Below, piece by piece: positions 33,639-43,286 of a stretch of DNA of 64,000 nucleotides. Below the pieces are notes generated by a model. That model did no database searches, was not told the origin of the DNA, and saw only the letters and a list, made by a program, of their open reading frames with translations. The stretch comes from an uncultured Candidatus Saccharibacteria bacterium (GTDB lineage Bacteria; Patescibacteriota; Minisyncoccia; Phycocordibacterales; JACOZG01). Positions within the stretch are counted from its first letter, which is position 1; every line of letters begins with the position of its first letter. A program made the translations under genes and the position numbers. The stretch lies in contig CAYUVV010000004.1 of assembly GCA_964448295.1 (NCBI GenBank), forward strand, positions 945 to 64,944. The letters run 5' to 3'.

Positions 33639-34316
33639 ATGATTGAGACTAAAAAACTGGAACGCTCATTTCAGGACGGCGATCGCGAGATCAAGGTTTT
33701 AAAAGGGATAGATTTTCGGGTAATGGATGGCGAATTTGTGGCGATTATGGGCCGTTCCGGCGCGGGCAAAAGTACCTTGATGTATCAGATGAGCTTGCTC
33801 GATGAACCAACGGGGGGCGAGATTTTAATTGACGGTACGCCGTCTGCACGGTTTGACAACGAAACCAAAACTAATTTTCGTCTCACTAATTTTGGTTACG
33901 TTTTCCAAGATTACGCCCTGATCCCCGAATTAACAGCGCTCGAAAATGTGATGTTGCCCCTGTTGATGAAAAAGATGCCGCGAGCGCAGGCGGCGCGGGC
34001 CGCTAGGCAGGCGCTCGAAAAAGTTGGTTTGGCTGAGCATAGCCGCCAAACGCCGAGTCAGCTCTCCGGTGGCGAACAGCAGCGCGTTAGTGTTTCTCGG
34101 GCCGTGGCCCATCAACCCAAGATTTTGTTTGCCGACGAGCCGACGGCCAATTTAGATAACCAATCATCCAAGCTGGTGATGGAGATTTTTCGCGAACTGC
34201 ACCGTTCGGGCCAGACGATCATTATGGTGACGCACGAGGAGATATATGCCCGCGAGGCCGAGCGGATTGTGACGATTGACGACGGCCGGATTGTTGGTGA
34301 TCGGGCGGTGGTCTAA
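33639..34316 (+). CDS. ABC transporter ATP-binding protein (MacB/LolD-like)
   Basis: Walker A GRSGAGKSTL, signature LSGGEQQRVSVSRA and Walker B ILFADEPT are all present. Confidence 0.9.
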   Translation: MIETKKLERSFQDGDREIKVLKGIDFRVMDGEFVAIMGRSGAGKSTLMYQMSLLDEPTGGEILIDGTPSARFDNETKTNFRLTNFGYVFQDYALIPELTALENVMLPLLMKKMPRAQAARAARQALEKVGLAEHSRQTPSQLSGGEQQRVSVSRAVAHQPKILFADEPTANLDNQSSKLVMEIFRELHRSGQTIIMVTHEEIYAREAERIVTIDDGRIVGDRAVV

Positions 34317-37063
34317 ATCGGCTTGGCTGTATGTCTCGGAAAGCGATAGAGCCATTTGGCCATTTCCACAATCGCCAGAGTAAAGAAAAGCCAAAGGAGA
34401 AGCCAGAGGAGCCATGCTGGAGAAAGCGCCGTCGTGCCGAATATTTTTTGGAATGGTGGCCAGTAGATCGTCAGCGCGATGAGGCCTAAGCTACCAAGAA
34501 CGCTCCAATTTAAAAAACGATTGGCTAAAGGATTGTAGCGAAAAATTGCTTGCCGCAGGCTCCTAAAGGAGAAGGCCACCAACAGGATGTAAGAGGCGAA
34601 ACAGGCAAACAGGAAAGTTCTGGCCGTATCTGTTTCTACTCCTTGGGTGATAAGACCGTGGTATAACGCGAGTAGTAAGGAGGAGATCAAGACACCGACG
34701 CTAATGGAAAGCCAGCGGACCTCGGCGTTTAGCACTGTCTTGGTGTCGCTGACGGTAAAATTTTTTTGCTCCGGGGAACGGTCAAAAGCAAACGAAAGCG
34801 CGGGCAACGATCCGGTAAAGAAGTTGACCCAGATAATTTGCAGAGCGGTAAGAGGCAGAGGTAGGCCAAGGATGAGGCTTCCGCCGATAAGAAAAACCTC
34901 GTCTAAGCTGTTGGACATCAAGTAAACAAAGGTTTTACGGATATTGGCGAGGATGCGCCGTCCTTCTTCTATTGCTTTGACGATTGTTTCAAAATTATCG
35001 TTAAGCAGAACTAAGTCGGCGACCTCTTTGGCTACATCGCTGCCTGAGCCAACGGCGATGCCGATATCCATCGCTTGGAGTGAGGGGGCATCGTTGACCC
35101 CGTCGCCCGTCATCCCTACCACTTCGCCCCGCGCCTGGTAGAGGCGGCCGACACGCAATTTGTCTTCCGGGGTAACGCGGGCGAAAATTTTTATGTTTTC
35201 TAAGTTTTCCAGTAACTCCTCATCCGTCAAGCGGCGCATTTCTTCACCGGTGAGGATTTGTCCGGGATTAAGTTGCCAACCTAGTCCGGCGGCTACCGCT
35301 TCCGCCGTGCCGGGCAAATCGCCGGTGGCGATAATCACCCGCAGGCCGGAGTCCTCGATTTGTTTAATCGCGGCGGGAACACTCGGTCGGAGAGGATCAT
35401 AAAAAGCGAGCAAGCCCAAGAATTCAACATCAGTTACATCATCTGGAGCCAGTTTGTTCACGACAGACTCTTTTTTTATCGGTTTGAGTGCGAGGCCGAG
35501 CAAGCGCTTGCCTTGATTGCTCATCTTTTCCACCGCTTCCTGCAAACGTAGATAGTCGTCTTTCGGTAGTTTCGATTTTTTAAGAATAGTGTCTGGCGCA
35601 CCAAGACAGAGGAGGGTGTGGGAATGGCGATTAAGTGGCGGTGGCAGGTGAGTACTACCGTGCACGAGTACCGCCGAGAAACGATGGTTGGAGCTAAATG
35701 GCAATAATAAATGGAATTCGGCCTTTTTCAGCATAGTTAGCGGTGCCAGGCCGTGCGCAAGGAGGCTTTTAATGATGTTGGTCTCTAGTGGTCGACCGAC
35801 GAGTCGCCAATTTTCCCGCGGGTCTTCTGGGTTAGCCACCAGCACGTTTGTATTGAAAGCGGCCAGGGTCAACAAATCCTTCTCTTCGCGGGAAAGTTTT
35901 CGGGCGGGTGTTCCGGCCGTTGGTAGCGGTTTGTTTAGGATATCGGCGACGGGCAAGACGTTAACTAGTTGCATATTAGCTTCGGTGAGCGTGCCGGTTT
36001 TGTCGGTGATGATGACCGAGGTGGAGCCCAAGGTTTCGGCCGCTCCTAAATGACGCATAATGCCTTGCCGCTTGGCTAATTGTTCCACGCCTACCGAGAG
36101 TACCACGGTGAGAGCGATAGGTAGAGCTTCCGGAATGGCGCCGACGGCGACCGCGGCAGATACCACGAACATCTCGGCAATATTTTCGCCTCGGTGGATC
36201 CCGAGAACAAAAATACCGGTTACAACCGCTGCCATTATGGCTGTGATGAGCCAGGCCAACCTGCCAACTCCGCGTTGGAGTGGGGTGGAGTCGTTGGTGG
36301 CCCGGGCGACGAGCGCGGCAATTCTGCCCAATTCGCTTTCCCGACCTGTGGCAGTAACAACGGCGGTTGCATAGCCGCTGGTAACCAAGGTGCCTCCAAA
36401 GACCATGTTAGTGCGGTCGGGGAGGGGGGCGGCCTCAGACAACGGGTCTATCGTTTTGGTGATTGGCAAGGATTCTCCGGTGAGTATCGATTCGTCTACG
36501 GCACAATCGTTTATGCTAAGTAAGCGGGCGTCGGCCGGAACGCGGTTGCCGTAGGCCAAACGGAGCACATCGCCCGGTACGAGACTTTCGGCCTCCACCT
36601 CCTGCTCTATTCCGCCGCGAATGACGCGTGCCCGTTCGCGAATGTAGGAGCGAAGTTTGGCCAAGGCGTTGCCAGCCCGCGCTTCTTGGTAGGAACCGAG
36701 AGCGGTATTGACGGCGATTGCCAACCCAATGACGGTCGCGTCTAACCATTCCCCGAGGAACAATGTTAACCCGCCGGCGGCGAGCAGAATAAAAATGAGC
36801 GGGCTGGCAAATTGATGCGCGATTATTTTTGGTAGATCAAAATGATGCTTGGTTTCTAGCCGATTGGGGCCGAAAGTTTTTAAGCGTCTGATTTGTTCGG
36901 TAAGCGTGAGGCCGCCCCGTTCAGTTTTTAGGGCCGTTAGTGCTCGCGCCACGTCGTAGGACCAAATTGGTTTTTTGTTATCGCCCTTCTTCATTTTGTT
37001 GTTAATTTCGGCCAACTTTCTACCAACAAGAGACCGCTTTTGGGTTCTGGCCAATGCGACCAT
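34313..37063 (-). CDS. Cation-transporting P-type ATPase (type II, Ca2+/Mg2+-ATPase-like)
   Basis: Phosphorylation motif ITDKTGTLT, hinge GDGVNDAPSL and the TGES-type actuator LTGESLP are present across 10 TM helices. Confidence 0.9.
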   Translation of the reverse strand: MVALARTQKRSLVGRKLAEINNKMKKGDNKKPIWSYDVARALTALKTERGGLTLTEQIRRLKTFGPNRLETKHHFDLPKIIAHQFASPLIFILLAAGGLTLFLGEWLDATVIGLAIAVNTALGSYQEARAGNALAKLRSYIRERARVIRGGIEQEVEAESLVPGDVLRLAYGNRVPADARLLSINDCAVDESILTGESLPITKTIDPLSEAAPLPDRTNMVFGGTLVTSGYATAVVTATGRESELGRIAALVARATNDSTPLQRGVGRLAWLITAIMAAVVTGIFVLGIHRGENIAEMFVVSAAVAVGAIPEALPIALTVVLSVGVEQLAKRQGIMRHLGAAETLGSTSVIITDKTGTLTEANMQLVNVLPVADILNKPLPTAGTPARKLSREEKDLLTLAAFNTNVLVANPEDPRENWRLVGRPLETNIIKSLLAHGLAPLTMLKKAEFHLLLPFSSNHRFSAVLVHGSTHLPPPLNRHSHTLLCLGAPDTILKKSKLPKDDYLRLQEAVEKMSNQGKRLLGLALKPIKKESVVNKLAPDDVTDVEFLGLLAFYDPLRPSVPAAIKQIEDSGLRVIIATGDLPGTAEAVAAGLGWQLNPGQILTGEEMRRLTDEELLENLENIKIFARVTPEDKLRVGRLYQARGEVVGMTGDGVNDAPSLQAMDIGIAVGSGSDVAKEVADLVLLNDNFETIVKAIEEGRRILANIRKTFVYLMSNSLDEVFLIGGSLILGLPLPLTALQIIWVNFFTGSLPALSFAFDRSPEQKNFTVSDTKTVLNAEVRWLSISVGVLISSLLLALYHGLITQGVETDTARTFLFACFASYILLVAFSFRSLRQAIFRYNPLANRFLNWSVLGSLGLIALTIYWPPFQKIFGTTALSPAWLLWLLLWLFFTLAIVEMAKWLYRFPRHTAKPI

Positions 37064-39093
37064 ATTTCCTCAGTGATGAAGGGCATAAACGGATGGAGAA
37101 GAATCAAACAGCGTTCGAGGATTTGCAGTAGCAAACGCGGGCGCGGGGTTTTTTTACTGGATTCGACAATCTCGCTCGCAAAACGATCCCAGATGTAATG
37201 GTATAAGCGTTCGGCTGCCAGATGAAATCGGTAGGATTCAAAATCTTCCGTGATTTGCCGTGTTAAGTTATTGAGTTCGACGAGAAGTTCTTGATCGTTT
37301 TCCTCTCCCACCCCCTTTTTTTCTTCTGCTTGGCTGAAAACAAAGCGGGCGATATTCCAAATTTTGTTGGCGAAATTCTTATATCCCCGCAATTTATCTT
37401 CCGAAAAGGCAAGATCGCTACCCGGGGGGGTGCCGACCACTAAAGCCATTCGTAGGGCGTCGGTGCCATAACGCTCGATTAGGTCAAGGGGGGAGATAAC
37501 ATTGCCTTTGCTCTTGCTCATTTTTTGTCGTTTCGGATCCAGCACTAAGCCGTGAAGATAAACATCGCGGAAAGGAACGCGTTCAGTGAGATAGAGTCCA
37601 AAAATAACCATTCGCGGCACCCAGCGGAAAATGAGATCATGACCGGTGGCCATTACGGCTGTGGGGTAATAGTGGGCAAAGTCTGGGCCGTCGGGCCAGT
37701 CGGTGGTGAGGAGCGGCCATTGCCCGGATGAGAACCATGTATCAAAAGTGTCGGAGTCGGGGCGAACGGGGCCGCCGCACTTTGGGCAAACATTAATTTG
37801 ATTGTCGAGGTCGGGAATGCCTGTGGCGCAACGTTCACAAATTTTGGCGGGGATGGGTATGCCCCAGACGATTTGTCGCGAGATGTTCCAATCCAAGGTG
37901 TTGGTCATCCAATAATTAAAAATTTTGGCGTAATTTTCGGGGAAAAAACGCAGTTGTCCGTTAGCCACGGCTTGCCGCGCACGGGCGGCTAAGGGCGCCA
38001 TTTTTACGAACCACTGGTCGCGCACTTGCGGTTCGATGACCGTGCCGCATTTATAACAGCGCCGGACGATATTCCGGTAATTTTCGTCTATGCGTACAAG
38101 CAGTCCTTTTTGCCTTAACTTCTCAACAATTTTTGGCCGGGCTTCGGTGATTTTTTGGCCGGCAAATTCACCGGCCAAGGGCAGGAGCCGCCCGCGCCAG
38201 TCAATAATCTGCTCGCGCTCCAGCTGGTGTCGGACCGCAATCTCAAAATCAATCCCCGAGTGTCCTGGTGTAATCGTCATCGCGCCGGTGCCAAAGTTCA
38301 TATCCACTGCCGCGTCTTTGATTACCGTCGCCGTAATTGGGCCGTTTAACCACTCGACGGTGAGAGTTTGGCCATGTTGGTAATTAGCGTAGCGTTGGTC
38401 GTTGGGGTGGACGACCACGTATTTGTCGCCAAACTTGGTTTCTGGTCGGACGGTGCCGATCTCAAACGGCCCATAACGGAAATAGTAAAACGGCGTTTGT
38501 TCCTCGACGCTTTCCGTTTCCACATCGGAAAGTGACGTTTGATGTTTGGGACACCAGTTGATAATCCTCGCGCCGCGGTAGACTAGTCCGTCGTCAAACA
38601 TTTTTTTGAATACCTTTTGGACCTTGGCAACGATCTCGGGGTCAAGTGTAAATTTGGCTCGCGACCAGTCGCAGGAGGCGCCCAGTCGACGGATTTGTCC
38701 CTCCATCGCTTTTTTGTTTTCGAGCGTAAACTGGTATATTTCGTCATAGAGTTGCCGTGGTGTGAGTTGAAAACGGGAGCGGCCCTCTTTTTCCAGTTTT
38801 TTTTCATAAACAATTTGCGTTTCAAAACCAGCATGGTCGGCCCCAGGGAGCCAGAGGGCCCGACGGCCGCGCATTCGCTGGTAGCGAACGACAAGATCTT
38901 CAATCGTCAAAAAGAAGGCGTGTCCCAGATGAAGGTTGCCATTAGCGTTTGGTGGGGGCATCACGATGGTGAAGGTTGTGCCTCGATCGTTAGGTAGTTT
39001 GTCGGGATTAAAGAACCCCGACTGTTCCCAGCGTTCATAAATGCGACGCTCCGTTGTCGCCGGATCGTATGGTTTATTGAACCGACTATCCAT
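36991..39093 (-). CDS. valS: Class I aminoacyl-tRNA synthetase, most consistent with valine--tRNA ligase (short form)
   Basis: HIGH motif PPPNANGNLHLGH and KMSKS motif QKMSKSKGN are present, with editing-domain-like internal sequence. At 700 aa it is shorter than typical ValRS, so the call is moderately confident. Confidence 0.65.
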   Translation of the reverse strand: MDSRFNKPYDPATTERRIYERWEQSGFFNPDKLPNDRGTTFTIVMPPPNANGNLHLGHAFFLTIEDLVVRYQRMRGRRALWLPGADHAGFETQIVYEKKLEKEGRSRFQLTPRQLYDEIYQFTLENKKAMEGQIRRLGASCDWSRAKFTLDPEIVAKVQKVFKKMFDDGLVYRGARIINWCPKHQTSLSDVETESVEEQTPFYYFRYGPFEIGTVRPETKFGDKYVVVHPNDQRYANYQHGQTLTVEWLNGPITATVIKDAAVDMNFGTGAMTITPGHSGIDFEIAVRHQLEREQIIDWRGRLLPLAGEFAGQKITEARPKIVEKLRQKGLLVRIDENYRNIVRRCYKCGTVIEPQVRDQWFVKMAPLAARARQAVANGQLRFFPENYAKIFNYWMTNTLDWNISRQIVWGIPIPAKICERCATGIPDLDNQINVCPKCGGPVRPDSDTFDTWFSSGQWPLLTTDWPDGPDFAHYYPTAVMATGHDLIFRWVPRMVIFGLYLTERVPFRDVYLHGLVLDPKRQKMSKSKGNVISPLDLIERYGTDALRMALVVGTPPGSDLAFSEDKLRGYKNFANKIWNIARFVFSQAEEKKGVGEENDQELLVELNNLTRQITEDFESYRFHLAAERLYHYIWDRFASEIVESSKKTPRPRLLLQILERCLILLHPFMPFITEEIWSHWPEPKSGLLLVESWPKLTTK

Positions 39094-39362
39094 AATTTAC
39101 TCCATTTTGCTATAGTCCGACCCAATTAACAACTTTTAGCTCTTGCCAGACGATAAGCGGGTGCTACAATTGGGACGAGGTCGTTGGCAGTATTAATCTA
39201 GGTCAATTCAATTGATCCGGGACTCCAAAATTACGACGCGCCGTGGCGCGGCGTTGCGGGGACCCACCTAGCTTTTTGCTAGGTTAATCAACCAGCGACC
39301 TCGCCTAAGACCCCGCGTCTCTCGTTTTTCTGGCGCGGGTTTTTGGTTTTTTATTTAGCTTT

Positions 39363-40385
39363 ATGAACGAAAGACAAATTTTCAATTCAGTCGCAAGTGC
39401 GGCTCCCGCAATCAGGCGGGTTGTTGATGGGTCGCGGCGGATTTTACTCCATCTCCACCCGAGTCCGGATTCCGATAGCGTTGGGAGCGCGCTTGCTTGT
39501 TATCACTTGTTTCGCTCTTGGGGCAAGGTTGCGACGGTGATCGGCGGCGATTCGCCCTTACCGCAAACTCTGCTCGCGGTGCCGGGTGCCGAGCGGGTGA
39601 TGCCGGTGGCTTGGTCGGGGATTAATCCCGCGGATTACGATCTCTTTTTAATTTTAGATAGCGCTACTGCTCGGATGATTACGCGGAGTAATCACCCGCT
39701 TACTTTTCCGCCCGGTTTGCGCACAATCGCAATTGATCATCATCGGAGTCACCAGCCGTATGCCGAGTTAACCCTGCTTGTGCCCGACGCGCCGGCCACG
39801 GCCGCCGTGTTATACGAACTTTTTCAAATATGGAAAATTGATTGGCGGCCGGAAATTGCGGCTGGTTTGCTCGCTGGTCTTTATAGCGATACTGGCGGCT
39901 TTCGTTATCCGCTTACCACTGGCGCAACGCTTGAAGCGGCGGCCGCTCTCGGGCGTTTTTATCCAGAATTTCCGTCTCTTTGGTCTGCCCTGCAGGCACT
40001 ATCTCCAGCCGAAATTAATTTCGAGCGTCTGGCTTTGAATCATTTAGAAACTTGGTGCGCTGGTCGAGTGGCGGCGATTTTCCTTGATCACGGCGCTATC
40101 GCCGCCGCGCAAATACCGGAGGCGGCGATTGGGGCCGGCGGTTTGGCGGCTCATCTGGCTAATGTGACCGATTGGCCGGTAACGGTGGTGGCGGTGGAAG
40201 ATTTGCCCCGGCAGATACGCATAAGTATCCGCGGCCGAGGCGAGGGTTACGATGTGGCGCAAGCCATGGCGTTGTTTGGGGGCGGCGGCCATCGGGCCGC
40301 CGCCGGCGCTTTCGTGACGGATCGTGCTCTGGCCGAAGTCAAGCAGATTTTGCAAGCGACGATTACTAGACTCTGGTTTAGCTAA
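39363..40385 (+). CDS. DHH-family phosphoesterase (NrnA-like bifunctional oligoribonuclease/pAp phosphatase)
   Basis: The DHH motif region LHLHPSPDSDSVGSALA and the DHHA1 GGGH motif (FGGGGHRAAAG) are present. Confidence 0.75.
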   Translation: MNERQIFNSVASAAPAIRRVVDGSRRILLHLHPSPDSDSVGSALACYHLFRSWGKVATVIGGDSPLPQTLLAVPGAERVMPVAWSGINPADYDLFLILDSATARMITRSNHPLTFPPGLRTIAIDHHRSHQPYAELTLLVPDAPATAAVLYELFQIWKIDWRPEIAAGLLAGLYSDTGGFRYPLTTGATLEAAAALGRFYPEFPSLWSALQALSPAEINFERLALNHLETWCAGRVAAIFLDHGAIAAAQIPEAAIGAGGLAAHLANVTDWPVTVVAVEDLPRQIRISIRGRGEGYDVAQAMALFGGGGHRAAAGAFVTDRALAEVKQILQATITRLWFS

Positions 40386-40416
40386 CAGTAACGGGGTGAG
40401 TTATACTTAGCTCATT

Positions 40417-41793
40417 GTGTTTGAGAGAAAGAAGGAGGACGCTCTCGGCGTGACGATTGCTTTTCACGGCGGCGCGGCCGGTTCAGTAACAGGCGCCAAT
40501 TTCTTATGGTCAAACGGTGGGCAAAAAATCTTAATTGACTGCGGCTTGTTCCAAGGGAGCCAAGTAGCGGAAGAGCGCAACCGTGCGCCTTGGCCGTATG
40601 ATCCCAAAGTTATTGATGCTCTGCTAGTTACTCATGCCCACCTTGATCATATCGGGCGAATCCCTCGTTTGGTGCGCGATGGTTTCCGCGGCCCAATTTA
40701 TTCCACCGTGCCGACGAAAGCTCTAGCCAGCTTGAGCTTAACCGACAGTCTTGGTGTGTTGGAAAAAGAGGCGCGCCGCACCGGCGCGCCTCTTGTGTAT
40801 GAAGGGGCCGACGTGGAGCGGGCTCTTGGTCAATGGCAAACGGTCGAATATCGAACGCCGCTAAAGTTGGGCGAAACCACGGTTACTTTCTACGACGCCG
40901 GTCATATTTTGGGTTCGGCGATGATTGCGCTCGATTACCACGAGCACCGATTTCTGTTTACCGGCGATTTAGGCAACTCGCCCTCGCTTCTGCTTCGCGA
41001 GACGGAGACGGTGCCCGACGTTGACTACTTACTGATGGAGAGCGTTTATGGCGATCGTCCGCACGAAGGGCGCGTCGAAAGAGCGCAGATTCTTGAGGAC
41101 GCGATTGAGGAGACGATGAAGCGCAATGGCACGCTCTTGATTCCCGCTTTTTCCATCGAGCGGACGCAGGAGATCTTGATCGAGATCGAAAAAATGATGG
41201 AACAGGGCCGGATTCCAGCCGTGCCCGTCTTTCTCGATTCGCCGCTCGCGATTCAGGTGACGGCTTTGTACAAGGAATATGAAAATTTTTTGAACGAAGC
41301 GACGCGGCGAGAGAATCGTGTGCGCGACGGCATTTTCCATTTTCCCAATCTCAAGCAAACTTTCACCACCGAGGAGTCCAAAGCAATTGGAAGAGAAAGG
41401 AAGATCATTATCGCCGGGTCGGGGATGTCGAACGGGGGGCGGATCGTACACCACGAAAAACATTATTTGCCGGACCCGGCGAGCGCCTTGCTTTTAGTTG
41501 GCTACCAATCGGTCGGGAGTTTGGGACGCCAATTGCAGGACGGCGCGCGGACGGTTAGAATTATTGGCGAGACAGTGCCCGTTCGCGCGCGCATTCTTAC
41601 TTTGTCTGGTTATTCGGCGCACAAAGATTTGCCCGGGTTGATGGATTTTGCCGAGCGGCATCGCGGGCGATTAAAGCGAGTGATGGTGGCGATGGGAGAA
41701 ACAAAGTCGGCGCTGTTTCTCGTTCAACGCTTGCGCGATTATTTGGCGCTGGAGGCCGCGGCGCCAACCGAAGGTGAGATTTTGCAATTTTGA
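40417..41793 (+). CDS. MBL-fold beta-CASP ribonuclease (RNase J / CPSF-like family)
   Basis: HxHxDH is present as THAHLDHIG. The beta-CASP region and a C-terminal RNA-metabolising MBL domain follow. Confidence 0.7.
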   Translation: MFERKKEDALGVTIAFHGGAAGSVTGANFLWSNGGQKILIDCGLFQGSQVAEERNRAPWPYDPKVIDALLVTHAHLDHIGRIPRLVRDGFRGPIYSTVPTKALASLSLTDSLGVLEKEARRTGAPLVYEGADVERALGQWQTVEYRTPLKLGETTVTFYDAGHILGSAMIALDYHEHRFLFTGDLGNSPSLLLRETETVPDVDYLLMESVYGDRPHEGRVERAQILEDAIEETMKRNGTLLIPAFSIERTQEILIEIEKMMEQGRIPAVPVFLDSPLAIQVTALYKEYENFLNEATRRENRVRDGIFHFPNLKQTFTTEESKAIGRERKIIIAGSGMSNGGRIVHHEKHYLPDPASALLLVGYQSVGSLGRQLQDGARTVRIIGETVPVRARILTLSGYSAHKDLPGLMDFAERHRGRLKRVMVAMGETKSALFLVQRLRDYLALEAAAPTEGEILQF

Positions 41794-42404
41794 AAACTGA
41801 CGATTACAACAAAATAAAAATATGTGTTTCCGGCGCGGCCGAGACGGGTCATTGTGGTCCGCGGGCGCTCGAATTGGCGGAGGCGTTAGGACGCGAGATT
41901 GTCGGCCACGGGGCGGTCTTGATTACCGGCGCGACCACCGGTTTTCCTCTTTGGGCAGCCAAGGGGGCCAAAGAAGCCGGCGGCATCTCGATTGGTCTCT
42001 CGCCGGCGGCGAGCGAGGCCGAGCACCGCGAGGTGTATAACTTGCCGGTCGAATATCTCGATTTGATTATCTACACCGGCTTCGGCTATTCCGGCCGCAA
42101 TCTGCTTCTGACCCGCTCGTCGGACGCCGTGATTGTTGGTTGCGGTCGGGTGGGGACGGTGAACGAGTTTACCGTCGCTTTTGAAGACGGCAAACCGGTA
42201 GGTGTTTTGGAAGGAGAATGGTCGACGGACGAGCTCCTGCGGGAGATGATGGAGAAAGGCTGCCGCTCAAATGAGAAGGTCATTTTTGATCCCGATCCGG
42301 CCAAGCTGGTTGGGCGAGTGCTCGCTCTGGTAGAAAAAGAAAAAGCCCAGGAACACCGCTTTTACTGCAATCCCCCCGACCCCAAATTTAAGCGGGTGCT
42401 TTAG
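41790..42404 (+). CDS. LOG/TIGR00725-family Rossmann-fold (SLOG-type) nucleotide-binding protein; TTG start overlapping the upstream stop
   Basis: The pattern ICVSGAAETG...ITGATTGFPLWAAKGAKEAGG...IVGCGRVGTVNEF is typical of the LOG/DprA-like TIGR00725 group. Confidence 0.65.
   Translation: MKTDDYNKIKICVSGAAETGHCGPRALELAEALGREIVGHGAVLITGATTGFPLWAAKGAKEAGGISIGLSPAASEAEHREVYNLPVEYLDLIIYTGFGYSGRNLLLTRSSDAVIVGCGRVGTVNEFTVAFEDGKPVGVLEGEWSTDELLREMMEKGCRSNEKVIFDPDPAKLVGRVLALVEKEKAQEHRFYCNPPDPKFKRVL
42195..42403 (+). repeat. Direct repeat A (209 bp), equal to the 3' end of the LOG-like CDS up to the TA of its stop codon
   Basis: It is base-for-base identical to 43422-43630 at an offset of 1,227 bp, by my manual alignment. 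Confidence 0.9.
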
Positions 42405-42408
42405 CCAC

Positions 42409-42437
42409 TTGCTTTTTTCCAGCTGATATGTTATACT
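42409..42437 (+). promoter_or_regulatory. Sigma70-like promoter TTGCTT (42409-42414), 17-nt spacer, TATACT (42432-42437) for the cassette ORF
   Basis: Both hexamers are read directly and lie about 70 nt upstream of the ATG at 42511. A purine-rich AAAGAAAGGA sits 6 nt before the start. Confidence 0.5.
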
Positions 42438-42510
42438 GTCGCTGGAGCCAGATTTCTCTGGCAACTGGTTCGGCAGATTCCGGAAGCACATTGTAAAGAA
42501 AGGACAAACG

Positions 42511-43245
42511 ATGAACACTATCATCGACGCAGATGCGGCCAAATTGGCTAGTTTGCAAATCGACCTGCTGCAAAAAGTGCGGCAGGGTCATGTCACCCTG
42601 GGCCACCTCGAGTGGTTCACAGGACTCAGCAGGGATGCACGCGAAGCTCTGATGGTCGGCGAAAAGCCTGCCTCACAGCCCGCACCGTCCCCGGAATCCA
42701 CGGAGAAGTTCGCACTGCTCGTTGACCTCGGCATCATCACGGTGCCCGACGACTACGACCACGCGAGCCGGCTGAAGACGTTTGGTAAGCAGAACCGCAA
42801 AAAGCTCTATTACTACAACGACGACATCACCGACACGAACTTCCCGAACCCAACTCGGGTCCTGAAGCCCGGCGACAAATTACGGGTTCAGGCCTTTCAG
42901 CAAATCGTCGACGGCACGACCACATCGGAAGAACGTATGGCCCTCCTGGCCACGCAGAAAGCGGTTCATGTCGGCGCACAGGGCGCAAGCCTCGTGTTCG
43001 ACCAGAAGCGCGACCAACTGCCGAAAGGCAAATGGTATGCGTCCTTCGATGAGAAGGATCGTCTCTGGACCGATGCCCTCGGCCGCCACAGGGTGCCGTA
43101 CTTGAACGCCCTCTCGGACGGTGACTTCGGGTTCAGCCTCGGCGACTTCGAGCTCCTCTGGCCTGCCGCCCACGCGTTCCTCTGCTTACGCGACGTCGAG
43201 CAGTCCTTGGGTGCTCAGGCACCCAGATCGTCCTTTGGGTCTTAG
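42511..43245 (+). CDS. Unknown-function cargo protein. It has an N-terminal helical region, a Pro/Ser-rich linker and a C-terminal domain of about 170 aa with no recognisable family
   Basis: The complete ORF encodes 244 aa, with the RBS-like AAAGAAAGGA 6 nt upstream. Codon preference differs from the host (gac, atc, ttc, ctg and ctc are favoured). Confidence 0.6.
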   Translation: MNTIIDADAAKLASLQIDLLQKVRQGHVTLGHLEWFTGLSRDAREALMVGEKPASQPAPSPESTEKFALLVDLGIITVPDDYDHASRLKTFGKQNRKKLYYYNDDITDTNFPNPTRVLKPGDKLRVQAFQQIVDGTTTSEERMALLATQKAVHVGAQGASLVFDQKRDQLPKGKWYASFDEKDRLWTDALGRHRVPYLNALSDGDFGFSLGDFELLWPAAHAFLCLRDVEQSLGAQAPRSSFGS

Positions 43246-43253
43246 ACCCCTTG

Positions 43254-43286
43254 AGCCCTTGCTTCACCGCGAGGGCTCATTTTTTG
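43254..43286 (+). terminator. Rho-independent terminator of the cassette ORF
   Basis: The stem pairs GAGCCCT with AGGGCTC around an 11-nt loop, followed by ATTTTTTG. Confidence 0.65.

Noticed and set aside
39094-39362. Canonical T-box riboswitch call for the valS leader
   Set aside because: Only a partial T-box-like core is visible. The sequence upstream is insufficient for stem I with a specifier loop. The terminator-like hairpin lies about 170 nt from the start codon. It is kept only as a low-confidence finding.
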